From: Chara braunii
Taxonomy: Eukaryota; Plantae; Charophyceae
Assembly (NCBI GenBank): GCA_003427395.1
Contig: BFEA01000012.1
Span: forward strand, 1,211,986-1,275,985
Reading direction: 5' to 3'
DNA length: 64,000 bases
In this document: piece by piece, positions 36,793-50,006 of the stretch
How the letters are laid out: the number at the start of each line of letters is the position of its first letter
How positions within the stretch are numbered: position 1 is the stretch's first letter
The notes under the pieces: generated by a model
The model's database searches: none
What the model was told of the DNA's origin: nothing
What the model saw: the letters and a program-made list of their open reading frames with translations, nothing else
Made by a program: the position numbers and the translations under genes

Positions 36793-38400
36793 GAAAGTCC
36801 ATGGTGTTGTAGAGGCTAGTCAATGAGTACACAGTGATCACCAGGCCGTGGGTGTCCTGGAATATGAGACCACCTCCCATCCCATCCTCACGTCAATAAT
36901 CTTAGTGCACCCCCTATCCCAGTATCCTACCTTAGTGTGACCAGCACTCAGGACTGATAGGCACCAGGGCTGATAGGTTGCCCAACCCTGGTGGAAGCGG
37001 AATCGGACGAGCCTTGTCAAACGGGAACTTCGGACGCGAGACCCAAACAATCTACTATAGGCCCCAAGAGACTCTGGGCCCTAGGTTTCAGACAGGGTAG
37101 CACCCATTGAAGCAGTCTTACCGTTCTTCCCCTAGCTTACCCAAGGCCAGGCGGAACTCGGACTGGCCTGAGCGACTTATACCCCTACCCTTACCCCAAG
37201 GTCTAAGCCTGATATATAGTCACTAGACAGTTCTACCCAAATATAAGTAGGAACTCCGGAGACCCATACCTGTCCACAGATACTAGACCCCACCTAGTGA
37301 TTAGACCCCCCCAGTCTCATAGTTGTGTAGTTCGCAATGTATGTGTATACCCGAAGGCTGTGTATGCTTCGTGCATCTATGTATGAAGATGTACAAACAA
37401 CACTATGTGTGGAAACTTGGGTATGTAGCCTGTAGGCCATGTATAATTCGCAAGCTATGTATATGCCCGAAGGTTGTGTGTGCTCTGTGAATCAATGTAT
37501 CGAGATGTATAGGCAGCATCATGTGTGTGTATCAACGAGAGAACGGGGTAAGCTGGACAAGGACCCCCCCAAGATCCGAACCAAGCTCGAACCCGTGACC
37601 TTGAAACATGTAATTGTATGACTCTACTATGTGAACGGCTAGTGGAAATGGCACAAACGTGTGATATGCCAGACTGGGGAGAACATAAAAACACCCAAGA
37701 CCAACACCCCCAAGCAACCCATGCGAAACCCAGAACCAACATACAACACCATGAACAACCCTTGGGTGGTGCGCAGGCAGTGTCTGTAATAATACCATGC
37801 GTCAGCCCAAGGGAGTGTATGTCCAGCCGTGCGTCAATCTAACGCCCTGCCGGTGTCCATGCGCAAGGTTGCAATTGAGTTTTGAACCCGCAACCTCATA
37901 CCACAATGCACATTTCCAATTGGTGCTCTAACCACTGAGCCACATCAACTGGACAGCTGGAACATCATCCTCTGTCCTTTCTCCTGTAGGACTCTCACTC
38001 GGTACACTAATGCTTTCTCTTTCCAGTCAAAGGGGGGTCTGCTCCCTTGGAGGGTGGCCATTCTGGTGATAGTGTAGTGCTCGACCAGGACTGTTTGGGG
38101 TGAGACCATATGTATCTAGCCGATCCTCAGCAGGGTCTCCCTACTTGCAACCCAATCACCTTCTCTCAAGGTGGGGCCTCGTTTAAGAACTCGGTACCAT
38201 GCCAGTGGAATGACTTCAATTAGGTTATCCAAAAGTTCCTCCACGTGATGGCAGTACCGTAGCATTTCCCGCAACGGATCTCCTGTTATCCAGTCTTGTC
38301 TCTCGTTGTCCTATAGATCCGCAACCCTAAGGACACCTCGTTTGACACAGCTCTTCCAGGGCAGGGACGAGCTTGTCATGACACAGCCGAGGCTAGACTG
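36160..38400 (-). pseudogene. LINE ORF2 fragment (SH3-like module and zf-RVT), split by a SINE
   Basis: VIPLAWYRVLKRGPTLREGDWVA..YRVRVLQEK; WQIAHRCLPTNDW..WCQRC..ETIEHIFMEC. Confidence 0.85.
36764..37957 (-). mobile_element. ~1.2-kb tRNA-derived SINE, copy 1
   Basis: Head with A box TGGCTCAGTGG and B box GGTTCAAAAC; poly(A) seen as T-run at 36764-36792; imperfect 12-bp TSD TGTAACACCATC / TGGAACATCATC. Confidence 0.85.
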
Positions 38401-38739
38401 AAGAGGTGCCCCTAGTCAAAATTTGCCATTACGTGCACACCTCCTTTCAAAAAGAACCCTGGGTTCGGAAAACTCCCCCAACTGCTGTCCAAATCCTCTG
38501 CCAGATACCCAAATCGACTATTTCCTCAAACGCCAATAAATGAGTTGCCTTTTGACCCTGAAGAATGACAGTGGCAGATGACATGGGGAACAACAGCGAC
38601 GACCGGTAGATATCTAACAGACAGACCTGGATATTAAGAGGGCGATTACGGGTTTCTGCAGGGAGTGGCTGGGCGGGGAACGGGGCAGATGGATAGCTCG
38701 AATTGAGTGGACAAGGGATCAGGCCGCTATAACAGGACA

Positions 38740-39415
38740 AGAAATCTCGAGAGACTGCAGACTCGTTTTCAATGACTGGACTCACTTTGATCCACCTTTC
38801 CCGATGAGGCCTCAGTCTGATTTCCCGGACCCGTTCCCCCCTCACCCACTTCCCCTGATGGAAGTTTTAACCTAACCAGGATGCAAGACGGTGACAAGAA
38901 CGCGACAACGGTGCGATAAAATTGGATCAGACAAGACTGAGATAAGCCTCCCCGGTGCCCCCGGGCAGCGCTTATCAAATGCTTACCCTTTTCACAAGAT
39001 ACATCACCTGCTCAGTCAATCCCCTGGCAATCAGGGGAATCAATGCTGGCAGGCTGGCAGCTTGGAATTTTGATTTAAAACGTCTGGGTAGGGGTAGTTG
39101 GGGGCGGGAGGAACTCGCTTCTCAGCAGCAGGTATCTAGCGCCTGGCACAGGGCGATGAGGTTTCCTCCCTTTTCTTAACAACCTTCGCAGCCAATGCTC
39201 TGGATGCCAGAGTAATCAATGCTGGCAGGCGTTTCTCGACCTCCTTTCTTGGTATCTTCCTGATTCACTTTGTATATGGGACGCTGGACCTGTTTTCCAG
39301 CAGGTGATGCTCCCCACCAATAGATGGAGCCTATCCCTGGGTGCTAGTGGTACCTGCTTTTACCAGTACCACTAGCACTGCAGGGGGTGTTTAAACAAGA
39401 AAAAGAAAAAAAAAG
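38740..39415 (+). mobile_element. LINE 3' end with cassette and A-rich tail
   Basis: RLVFNDW..RPQSDFPDPFPP; motif A at 39013-39048; motif B at 39278-39396. Confidence 0.8.
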
Positions 39416-39764
39416 AAGGATTTTCCACCGTTCCCTTTGATCCCCCTTCATTTCCCACCTATCCCTTTTATCGGAAGCTCCCCTCCGCCCCCCCCCTCCC
39501 CCTCTTTCCCGTCCCCCAGGTGGTAAGATCAGCGGTCCTCATCATAGTCACTATAATCAGGAGACAAACCTTGGCACCCAGTCTTACCCTTTGCAGCTTT
39601 TTCCTCTAATGCGAACAACTGAGCCCATTGAATTCAAGTCAGTCGAAGTCTACTTCCATTTCAATCCGTCATACATTCCTGTCAAGCTGAGGACGTGCCT
39701 TCTTCTGAAGAGGGACCATGATTTTCTTTTCCCTTCTTTTTCAGTTGATCATCTCGTTATGACC

Positions 39765-40135
39765 CTCCATCCGCAAGGGAGAACCCCATCAGAGATGCCT
39801 CCAATGTGTTTGTGGGAAACAACACGTGCGGGAAACCGGGTCCAGCATACAAAAGAATTCAGGCAGGATGGGAGTGTATGTTGAAACCGAATGGTAGATA
39901 TTTGGGAGATATTTGGCTCCGTCCGACACTCAGGCTTGCCAATGCCAGGGCCAGAGCAGCCTTCAGTAGAGATCCTCCCCTGTGAGATGGCTCCTGCCTA
40001 TTGCCGGGGAGCTGCACCAACCCAAAATGGGGTTGCGCGCCCCAGTCCACGAGACAAAAGCCCGAGTCAAATATAAGGTATGGGGCCACTATGGGCACCA
40101 TTGATTGCCCACTGTGATTTTGATAGATTCCAGGC
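39765..40135 (-). mobile_element. Two degenerate LINE 3' cassettes
   Basis: Motif B variants at 39790-39847 and 39989-40042; the latter is co-linear with 5130-5305. Confidence 0.55.
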
Positions 40136-40650
40136 CACGGGCCCCACTGACAAGTAGTTTGGGTTAGCGGGGGCGTGGGGGGTTGGCGGTGGAGGGGGGT
40201 GAACAGTGGAAACCGTCAGATGTTGAGATCTGGGCGGCCGTTGATGTAAAGGAATATAAATCATGCTTGTGAAGTTGTGAAGTTATCTATTAAAGCATTG
40301 TGATTCGTCAATGATGTTTGCATTTTGGGATTTTCCCCCTGAGAATGCTAGGTTCAAATGTTGCAAGAAACCGCTCCTAGCCTCTTCGTTGACGGTCCAC
40401 AAACGAAATGCGAAAAATATTTGCCATGAAAAAATGACGAGTCTGAGTGCAGACTTGTCAGAAGTGGAGGTGGATCTTACAGAATACGCAGGGATTCCGT
40501 GCAGCTGCTGGGAATGGATCCTCTCTCTTTATGCTCATCACCATACCATGTGCTGTCAGGAGTCTATTAGATCTTGGGCGTACATGTCTGGCATCTGACA
40601 CGGTGTCTGTGTCAGACGCATCATTGCGAGGAAGGATAGAAAGAGGCTAA

Positions 40651-41532
40651 GGGTCGGATCCCACACTACTTACCGTAAGTACTTTCTGGCATAATTCGGG
40701 ATCCCACCATTTTCCGCATGAGTAGGGGGTGCTAGACTTGCCAAAACAAATGTCAAGTTCGTATTTGCTTTTTTTTTTTTTTTAAGGGCCCAGTGCCCAA
40801 GGCTGATATTACCAATAAGAAAATTGAGGCTGGGGTCCTCACAGTCTACCCGGAGTGACCAAACCGAACTTGCTGAGAACTGGGCTCAGCATCCCTCATA
40901 TGATGATGATGAATCGATGATGATAATGATGATGATGATGATGAACTCTTGCTGAATCTATGTGAAATGTGAAATAGTAAGGGCCTTATCCCACTTCTTA
41001 TAGGCGAGGCACTTTTCCGTAAATTTTGGGATCCCACCTCTTTCCGCGAGAGCCGGAGGTGGCCCTGTTTTTTCAAAGAAGTGGAAACAGTCTAGTACGT
41101 GGCAGTGCGAGCGTGATTTGAGAACCCGTAGTTCTTTCAAAAAACAAAAGAAGCCACCGCCGTACCTTGCACCGTGAAAGAAGGAGCCATTGTTTTTTTC
41201 TTCCTTTTTTTCCCCCCTGATGTGTAGGCCGTTGGATCCTCGAGGCGCCAGAAGATAGTGCCGCTCCATTACGAAAAGTCCCGCAGAAGTAGGGCGTGTG
41301 GGATCCGATTTTTATAACACGGAGCGAGCGGGACAGCCCCTGGAAAACCGGTTCTTTTAGCTTTCTTCCCAAAAAAACAAGAGATGGGATCAGCCCCTAA
41401 TACTAATGATGATGATGCTATTTGCATGGGTGTGTGGGATGCAATTTTTCTTTCCCGTTCCGTCCACCACGCCTCCATCTTTTTCGTTTCTTTTACAGTT
41501 TTACTTACCTTAAGTAGTGTGGGATCCGACCC
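40651..41532. mobile_element. PIF/Harbinger (Tourist-like) MITE
   Basis: ~31-bp TIR GGGTCGGATCCCACACTACTTA..GTAAGTA; TAA TSD at 40648-40650 and 41533-41535. Confidence 0.9.
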
Positions 41533-41603
41533 TAAGTTCTTCCCGTCAGGTCGATGAAAAGCCGTTCCACTGCCCATGACTTCCAACGTTTGCGTTTTTC
41601 CTT

Positions 41604-42865
41604 CTTTTTTTTTTTTTTTTTTTTTTTTTTAAGTTNNNNNNNNNNNNNNNNNNNNNNNNNNNATATGAGACCACCTCCCATCCCATCCTCACGTCAATAC
41701 TCCTAGCGCACCCCCTATCCCACTATCCTACCTCAGTGTGACCAGCACTCAGGACCATTACCCGACCAATGGGCAGGTAACTTGGACCGAACAGCAGTGA
41801 TAGGCACCAGGGATGATAGGTTGCCCAGCCCTGGTGGAAGTGGAATCGGACGAGCGTTGTCGAACGGGAACTTCGGACGCCAGGCCCAGACAATCTACTA
41901 CAGGCCCCATGAGACTCTGGGCCTTAGGTTTCAGACAGGGTAGCACCCAATGAAGCAGTCTTACCGCCCTTCCCCTTGCTTACCCAAGGCCAGGTGGAAC
42001 TCGGACTGGCCTGAGCGACTTATACCCCTACCCTTACCCCAGGTTCTAAGCCTTATATGCCTCTAGACAGTTCTATCCGAATATTAGTAGGAACTCCGGT
42101 GGCCCATACCTGTCCCTACTGCAGATAGTAGACCCCACCCAGTGACTAGACCCCACCAGTCTCATAGTTGTGTAGTTCGCAATGTATGTGTATACCCGAA
42201 GGCTGTGTATGCTCCGTGTATCTATGTATCAAGACATACAGACAGCACTATGTGTGGAAACTTGTGTATGTAGCCCATAGGCCATGTATAATTTGCAAGC
42301 TATGTATATGCCTGAAGGCTGTGTGTGCTCTGTGAATCAATGTATAGAGATGTATAGGCAGCATCATGTGTGTATATCGAAGATAGAACGGGGTAAGCTG
42401 GACAGGGACCCCCCCCAAGGTCCAAACCAAGCTCAAACCCGTGACCTTGTAGCATGTAATCTAGACAGGGAACCCCCCCAAGGTCCAAGCCAAGCTCGAA
42501 CCCGTGACCTTGTAGCATGTAATCGTATGACTCTGCCATGTGAATGACTAGTGGAAATGGCACGGACGTGTGATATGCCAGACTGGGGAGATCAACAGAA
42601 CACCCAAGACCAACACCCCCAAGCAACCCATGTGAAACCCAGAACCAACATACAACACCATGAACAACCCTTGGGTGGTGCGCAGGCAGTGTCTGTAGTA
42701 GTACCATGCGTCAGCCCAAGGGAGTGTATGTCCAGCCATGTGTCAATCTAACGCCCTGCCGGTGTCCATGCGCAAGGTTGCAATTGAGTTTTGAACCCGC
42801 AACCTCATACCACAATGCACATTTCCAACCGGTGCTCTAACCACTGAGCCACATCAACTGGACAA
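41604..42865 (-). mobile_element. ~1.2-kb tRNA-derived SINE, copy 2
   Basis: Co-linear with 36764-37957; same A and B boxes; T-run; imperfect 16-bp TSD at 41588-41603 / 42866-42881; internal ~62-bp duplication. Confidence 0.85.
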
Positions 42866-43113
42866 GTGTGCGTTCTTCCTTATGGGAGTGCTCAACCTGG
42901 GTCCCTTTTACCTTTTGGCAGAGTTTTCTATTGAGCTTTTGACTGTATGTCAATTTTTTGGACATGAGTGCGGACTGGTGAGGCCATTGGCGTTCCGTGG
43001 TTCCGGCATTGGCAAGGTATGTAGCCTGCGGTCTCTGAGGCAGAGCACAGTGAGCAATGTTGTGTAGTCAGAGTCCCTGGCAGTAAGTCCGGTGTAAGGC
43101 AGTGGCCCTCCTC

Positions 43114-43370
43114 CTAGGCGTCTCTATGTACGGGATGCACGCAATGTACGCACGCGTACATCCCGTATTACGGGCCCCCTCCGTTGTACATACAACACTT
43201 TTTTTTTTGCCATAATTTTTTTTTTTTTTTTTTTTTTTTGTTTCTTTTTTTCCCTGATGAGGGTGGAGGTGGGGTATGCACACAGTGAGGGTGATCTGCT
43301 GAATGGAAGAGGGAAGAAACTGCCCTCATCAGCAGAAATGCCGGGTGCTGAGGGAGATTGATTGATCCCG

Positions 43371-43438
<68 letters not shown>

Positions 43439-43800
43439 GAACGCCCTCCACCAAAGGCCAGGGTTGTGGGGGCTATAGACAAAACACCGCCAGAAAAAAC
43501 CTTTTTTTTTCCTTTTTTCTTTTTTCTTTTTTTCCTATTGTAGTATTTTCAGGAAAGAAATATACCAGGAATACTCTTTTTTTTTCTCTCCCCCCCCCCC
43601 CCCCCCCACAGATACTGCACCTGAGGGGCTATCCCCCCGTGTTTTTTTTTTGTTCCCTCCCGGGTATGCCCCACACAAAATTAGTTTGCAGGTCAAGTAC
43701 AAAAAAGTACAACGCTGTTTTTGTGCCCATGTACAACGCCTTGTACCGTAACTTGTACGTGAGTACAATTTTTTTATTATTTTTATACGTGAGACACACC

Positions 43801-43803
<3 letters not shown>
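43114..43803. mobile_element. Possible MITE with CTAGG termini
   Basis: CTAGGCGTCTC versus GAGACACACCTAG; GTACA-rich subterminal motifs; no TSD found. Confidence 0.4.
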
Positions 43804-43846
<43 letters not shown>

Positions 43847-44181
43847 ACAACTTCGTAGTTGTGCAAGAGTATACATAATTACCCATGACTGGCACATGCC
43901 AGAAAACCGTTATCGTTAATGCTTTATCTTTCTTTGCCAGATATACTCTTCCGTTTCCCCCCAAACCAAAATTTTCTGAATGATGATTACTGCCTATCTG
44001 CACAACCCCTGGCCCTCTGAGACCAGGAATGACGAATCAATAATCTCTCAAACCGCCCAAACAGGAAGCCTAAGAAAAGAAACAAAAACAGCCACACAAA
44101 TGACCATTGTGCCCCTACATTGAGCACCTCACCTTCCGGCGATCAATGTGTGAGCCTAGTAACTGCCCTCTACAACACCCT

Positions 44182-45070
44182 TGTGACGAACCAACTTCTG
44201 AGCCTGCGCCATCTTCCAGACCCCTTCTCTCTCTTTTTCTTTTCAAATTTTGCCTCGGCCCCACAAGGCCCCTCTCTGTTTTTGATTAAAGATGCCTTGC
44301 TGAGACCCGTGTNGATTCTTGAAATTCTGTTTTCATAATTTGGGAAATGCATGGGAATTGCGCGCGCTTTAGTAAGCGCGCTAGGAATTTGGCCCGGCAG
44401 TTAGAAATTCCGAAATAAACGGAACCCAACGTGTCCTTCTTGTGCATGAATGTTCTTGACTATGTCGTGGACAACTCTGGGAATTTGGTGGGAATACGAA
44501 TGGATGTAGGACTGCCTTTTCCCGCGCCTACTTTACGAGCGGATATGGTGATTTCAATTTTTGAATTAGCATAGGACTTAGGAATCTGTAACTGTTTTGG
44601 TGCCTCTTTTTGCATTTGTGATCGGCGCCATGCAAGCGAGCTTCCCCCTTTCTGTTCCCCTTGCCATCTTCGACGCTCCCTTCGTGCCCACGCTCACTCT
44701 CCTACCGTAACCGTTTTTCCCTCTCCCTCTCTCTCTTTCTCTCCCCGCGCGCCTTTTCTCTTTCTTGATCGCCTGAATCTTGGATCCGTTTCACGCTATC
44801 CTGCGCACTCTTCTTCCTCCCACTCTGAGTCCTACGCCCAAGAGCCCGGTCGATCCTCTCATCACGACCGTCCAGCCAAGGAGAGGCACCATGTAAGGAG
44901 GAACTCCTATTACGCGACGACTCTGATTGGCTGTGATCGGACTCAGCAGGATCGACGAGGCTTTCGCTGGGCGATTATCCCCAAGTCCTCTCTCACCCTT
45001 CCCCGACTCAACCTTCATCCTCCCTCGTACCTACCTCCCTTCCCGCAACTATAAATTCTGCAAGCGCGCC
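44182..45070 (+). repeat. Partial LTR related to the 54031/60953 LTR family, ending at a hAT-like terminus at 45074
   Basis: TGTGACGAACCAACTTCT start; shared TTAGTAAGCGCGCTA and CTATAAA..GCAAGCG blocks. Confidence 0.65.
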
Positions 45071-46382
45071 CGCCTACGAAACACCCGCGGACGCGTCCGT
45101 GGGGTCGACCTCGGAGGGCGTCCGTATATACGGCCGCGTCCGCAGCCAACCTCGTCCACGCCGCGTTTCCTGAATTAAATAATGGGTAAAAAAAATAAAA
45201 ATAAATGCGGCTGTAGGGAGTTTTAATCCCTACAACCCCATTTTTTTTTGTTGGAAACAGAAAAGTTTTTAGAATTATAAAAAATAAAAAAACAGAAAAG
45301 GTGGAGGAGAGAAATTAAAAAAAAAAAGCTTTTTTTTGGAGGGGGGGATTTTTGGTTATGCAGTTCTTTGTATTCTTCGTTTTTACGTTTTTTTTTTTTT
45401 TTTTTTTTTTTCCCCCCTAAGGAAACAATCAAGGAATGGAAAAAAATATATGTTTCTTTTTTTTTCAGGGCCTTTTAATATTTGTGTGTGAACGTGTGTG
45501 TGTGTGTGTGCGTGTGTGTGTGTGTATGTGTGTGTGTGTGCGTGTGTCTGCAACAAATCTCACGGCATTTCCGCCATGTACTCCACTCTTAAAGTGGTAC
45601 ACCAGGTTCAGACATATCCCATCACATGCCGCATAGATTGCCACCATCCATACTACCTCATAATTGCAGAAAATGACAGAGATAGCAGCTTTCTTCGTTT
45701 CCATGGTAACCATAATTCAAGCAACCAAAACATCACGTGTTTTCAACCAAGGCAAAATATTTGTATTAATCTCGTGGATTCCAAGGGGTAATCACGCGAA
45801 GATTGGTCATCGATGATTACCGCTTGGAGTTCTCCCACTAAAAGCAGAAAAGAGAAAATAAACGAGAAGAAAAGCAAGAAAATAGGAGGAGGATGGGAGG
45901 AGAGGTATAGCTATAGACGTAGGAAGATCTTGGAGAAGAATCGGTACTGAAAACAGATGCATTTGAAGATTATGAGAAAACGAGTATCACTCCAGTTTCT
46001 GAATTAATGTCGATCACAACCCTTCTCTCTATATCCCGAGGTCATCCCGCTCCTGTACTCCGAGATCATCAGACACATGTCCCCTACTCCAATAGTAGAT
46101 ATTGCGCTTGCAATATTCCCCTGCGACGCAGGCGTTTCCTCCGCTTTGTGGTCAACCCATGTTATCTCAATAATATTTCCCCCATCGATCCCTCCCTGTT
46201 TCGATACTCAAATACCATCCCCGTCGATCCCTCCCTGCTTCGATGCTTAAATGAAGAATCCAGTAGAGATTCCCCAACATCATCAAGAGTCAAGTAGAGC
46301 TATTCGGCGAACTTGGCTTCGGCAGAACGTCTGGGAAGAAGACAGGTGGCAGCTCGGCTACAAATCGTGGAGTATAAAAGCA

Positions 46383-46459
46383 GCAGGAGGGGTGTGGCAT
46401 CCCCTAAAAGCTTTTTCGCCGTCGCCACTTTCCGGCTCATCAGAGGGGTTAAGTCCTGC
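46383..46459 (-). ncRNA. Type I hammerhead ribozyme associated with the Penelope-like element
   Basis: Minus strand: CCCCU-CUGAUGA-GCCG(gaaaguggcga)CGGC-GAAA-AAGCUUU-U-AGGGG. Palindromic stem III; outer stem GCAGGA/UCCUGC; predicted cleavage between 46406 and 46405. Confidence 0.88.
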
Positions 46460-47308
46460 AATCACTGCACATCCATCACAAGGTAGCACAGACAACCACA
46501 CACCACATGCACACACATAGAGAGGTAGGAAAAGGGGGGCCATATACCGCCTCTTCCGCCGCAGTCTCCTCGTCGGGCTCCGGCGTGATAGGCAAGTCCT
46601 CCTCCGCTCCAGTGGTGAAGTCCCAGTCCGCCATAGCCAAATAGTTCCACCGCGTTGCCAACTTAACTTGTACCAGTCCAGCAGGCAGCGATCACTCAAG
46701 CAAGCAACCGCAGCAGTCCAGCAGACAGTGATCACTCAAGCAAGCAATTCGTACGAACTATGGGAAGGTGCTGGAGCTCGTATAAATATTGCTCCGGGAT
46801 AGTCGGGAGGCAGAAAAAAATGTGGAAATAGAAAACGTCATGTTTTTCCCGTTCGAACACAGGGCGCGCTGCAGCAATCACCCGCTCGATGATATCCGAG
46901 CATGGTACTACCTGGTTTCTCGAATGTTCCTAAAAAAGACCTTTCGATCTTCCTTGGGCTATTTTTCACCTCCACTGTGGCTAGGTCCAGGGATCGAACG
47001 TGGGATCGGTGGGATATTATTCAAGGGTAAGGTGGGTAGTCATTCAGTAGCTTGGTTGTGGGTCCGTTCTCTCAGTGGGAGGTACCCAAAGGTGGGTCAG
47101 CGGGGTACCGATATTTCCAGGGGTACCAGTTCCTCCATCCAACAGGCAGGAAAGATCCCGGTCCTGTGCTAAGAATTCGGTCGCGGGTTCGAGTCTGGGT
47201 TTTTCTCTTCTTTTTGTCGTGGTGGTCTTTTGCCTTTTTATCCTTGTCGAAGCTCCATTGGCCTAGGTCCATAAACAATCTCCCCTCCTTGCTTGTATAC
47301 CTACAACC

Positions 47309-47339
<31 letters not shown>

Positions 47340-47489
47340 CCCACCCTCTTTCCCCTGCAGGGTTGGCTGGGACAGCTATCCTTAAGGGTACCTGTCCCAG
47401 ACAGGTCCCTTGCAGATACCAATTATTTCCTGGTCAAGGAGAACCAGAAAATCATCACACACATATATACACACACACACGCATCCACT

Positions 47490-49660
47490 TCACTCGGACA
47501 CACGAGCAGGGTTAGTATTGTATCCCATGTAGGTTTGGAGGAATCCTCCTACTTGCATGACGTCACATCTGAATGGGTGGAAGTTCCGTGGGTTCCCAAT
47601 CACTCGTTTCACCATTCCCCAGCAGCGGGTTTGATTAAACCCATTGCTACTCATTCTGTTGACAATTTTCACAATATCCCTGGCAGCGTCTTGAGGGTCA
47701 GATGAGACAATGAGGATTGAGGCGACTTGACCCAGGATAATTGGCAGGGATTGTTTGATGGATCTGTTAGATTTGAATTTAATGTAGCGATTAACCTTTA
47801 ATCCAATTTCCTCGATTTTGTCAATTTTTTTTGTGTGAAATTGTCTGTCAGAGTCCGTCACTGTGAGCTTCAGATTGAGGAATGTGCCAGTTCTGTCTTC
47901 GGTGCTTTGTTCCTTGATGTCAATGAATTCAGAGGGGTACAGCCAGACAGGGGCGCTAGTGTCGTGCGGTTTTTCCGCTTGCAAAAACTCCCTTATACAG
48001 GTGTTGTTCAATGCATTTAAGTTGTCCATGTACCTGAACGTGTGCAAGAATAGGGAGGCTAGGTGTTTGTTCCCGGAGCTGATTAGCCTCATCATGCATT
48101 CGAATTCATACCGAAAGAAATATAGATTACACCATATGGGTGAGCACGGCAGTCCCATTGGAATTCCTTTTCTTTGTCTCTAGACCCTTCCCCCAAATTG
48201 GATATAGTTCCGCTGCAACAACCATTCATTCATTTCAATAAGCTGCCCCAGGTTCATCGTCCTTTCCCCGTTAGCTGTTTGGTCATTCCTTGTCCATGTG
48301 CATTTCGTAATTCCTTTGCTATTTGTTCGAATTTTGATGAGCTTATCACCTTCGTCCTCCAGTCTGTTCTGAAAACCTTTCCTGACTGAAAATAAGAGAG
48401 CTGAAATTAGCCCATGTGTTGAATCATCCATGGGGATTGTTTCAAAACATCGGCTAATGTCTGCTGAAAAAATGGAAAAAACTTTTTTCGGCAAATTCAG
48501 ACAGTATTCATTAACAGACTCGATAGGCCACCAGAGATTGATCTCGACTGCATGCATGTTCTTTATTGTGCGGGTCATTTTGGCATAATATTTCTGCACC
48601 TCTTGGCTAACCAATTTCAGTGCTCCTGCACAGATCGTCGCAACAGGGGAGAACAGACACTGGTTAGCATTGCTGCATTAGTAATCCACCTCAGCGTTTT
48701 TTTGTGGCTTTTGTAGTTGGCCATTAGGTAGGGGATTTTCTCCGGGCCTATGGGATAATCATTGGTGTTCTCATTTTTAATCGTCCGGATCAATACTTCC
48801 ACATGCTGTTCAAGCAACACGAAGTCAGGACCCATCAACCTCTCAAAGGCTAACTGTCTCACAAGATCTTTACACATGATTACCGGAGTATTTGCTGCTT
48901 TATCCATGCATGCCATGAAAAACCACCTAGTAATGTACTCTACCTCATGCAGAAGACGGTGTTCCTTAAGGTCTACATGCTCTGCTTCGCTATATGCAAG
49001 TCTACGTGCTGAGAATCTACTTAAGCAGTGTCTTCTTAATTCCGATCTAACCCTTGCAACCTTGCCAGGCTCCAGGTCCTATTCCATCTGGAATAGATCC
49101 ATGAATTTATCAAATGCAGACAGGACTTCCATTACTGCTGCATCTATTTCGGCCTTTGCCAGAGGGATGTGGTTGAGACCGGAGGTAAGCAGCTGCTGGA
49201 GGAGGGGGAGGCGAGATATGGAGTAGTCCATGGTGATCACGTGCGGTCCTTCTCTCCCTCCAATTCTCCCTGTTCCTAGGAGCTCTACCGTAGCTGGTTC
49301 TCTGAATCTGTTGAACCTCTCATTCCGGCATCTGCAGTTGCCTCTCTCCTCGACCCATTGTTCCATTCTGAAGTCACGAAAAACCTGTGCTGGTCGGTAG
49401 AGGGTCCTCAAAATGGGTTCGTTGTAGGTCCAACCGAAGGTGGTAGTTTCCAGGAATTCGGCAGCTGCCCGTCCGAAGGTGGCTGTCATCAGTGTGATGA
49501 GCAGTGCCTTCACAGATATAACCTCCATGAGTCGATTGACGTATCGCAGGTGTACGAACCTCCTGCGGGTTTCGACATTGTTCCTGGTCCATATCATTCT
49601 CCCGGAAGGGCCCACAGTCACCTGGCCCGGTGCTTCCTGCAAACAGAGATTTACAATCAC
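47490..49660 (-). pseudogene. Penelope-like element reverse transcriptase with Naiad/Chlamys-type motifs
   Basis: CRC..HVITMD..LL..GLNHIP; DKAANT..CK; SADISRCFETIP; QRKGIPMGLPCSPIWCNLY; FRYMDN (YxDD lost); FLNL..DK..SN. TAG stops at 49079 and 48180; frameshift near 48670. Confidence 0.88.
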
Positions 49661-49819
49661 CGGGCTAGGGTACGTTATTTATATCGGGATTATTATTATT
49701 ATTCCTAGTGTCCTAGAATATGCTAAGAACCCTGAATACCGTAAAAGTTTCCCTGAAAAAAGTTCTGCTAAGAGATTCCTAAAACAGGTAGCTGGGAAGA
49801 GAGAGAGAGCGTGAGGGAG

Positions 49820-49896
<77 letters not shown>

Positions 49897-50006
49897 NNNN
49901 NNNNNNNNNNNNNNNNNNNNNNNNNNNNNNNNNNNNNGGGAGAAGGAGAGAGAGAGGGGGGGAGGGGGGAGGGCTAGCATGAGGCGAGAAGGAGATTGGC
50001 GCAAGA

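Noticed and set aside
42780-42863. Functional tRNA gene (also 37870-37954 and 22560-22600)
   Set aside because: A and B boxes are present but there is no acceptor stem or cloverleaf; these are SINE heads.
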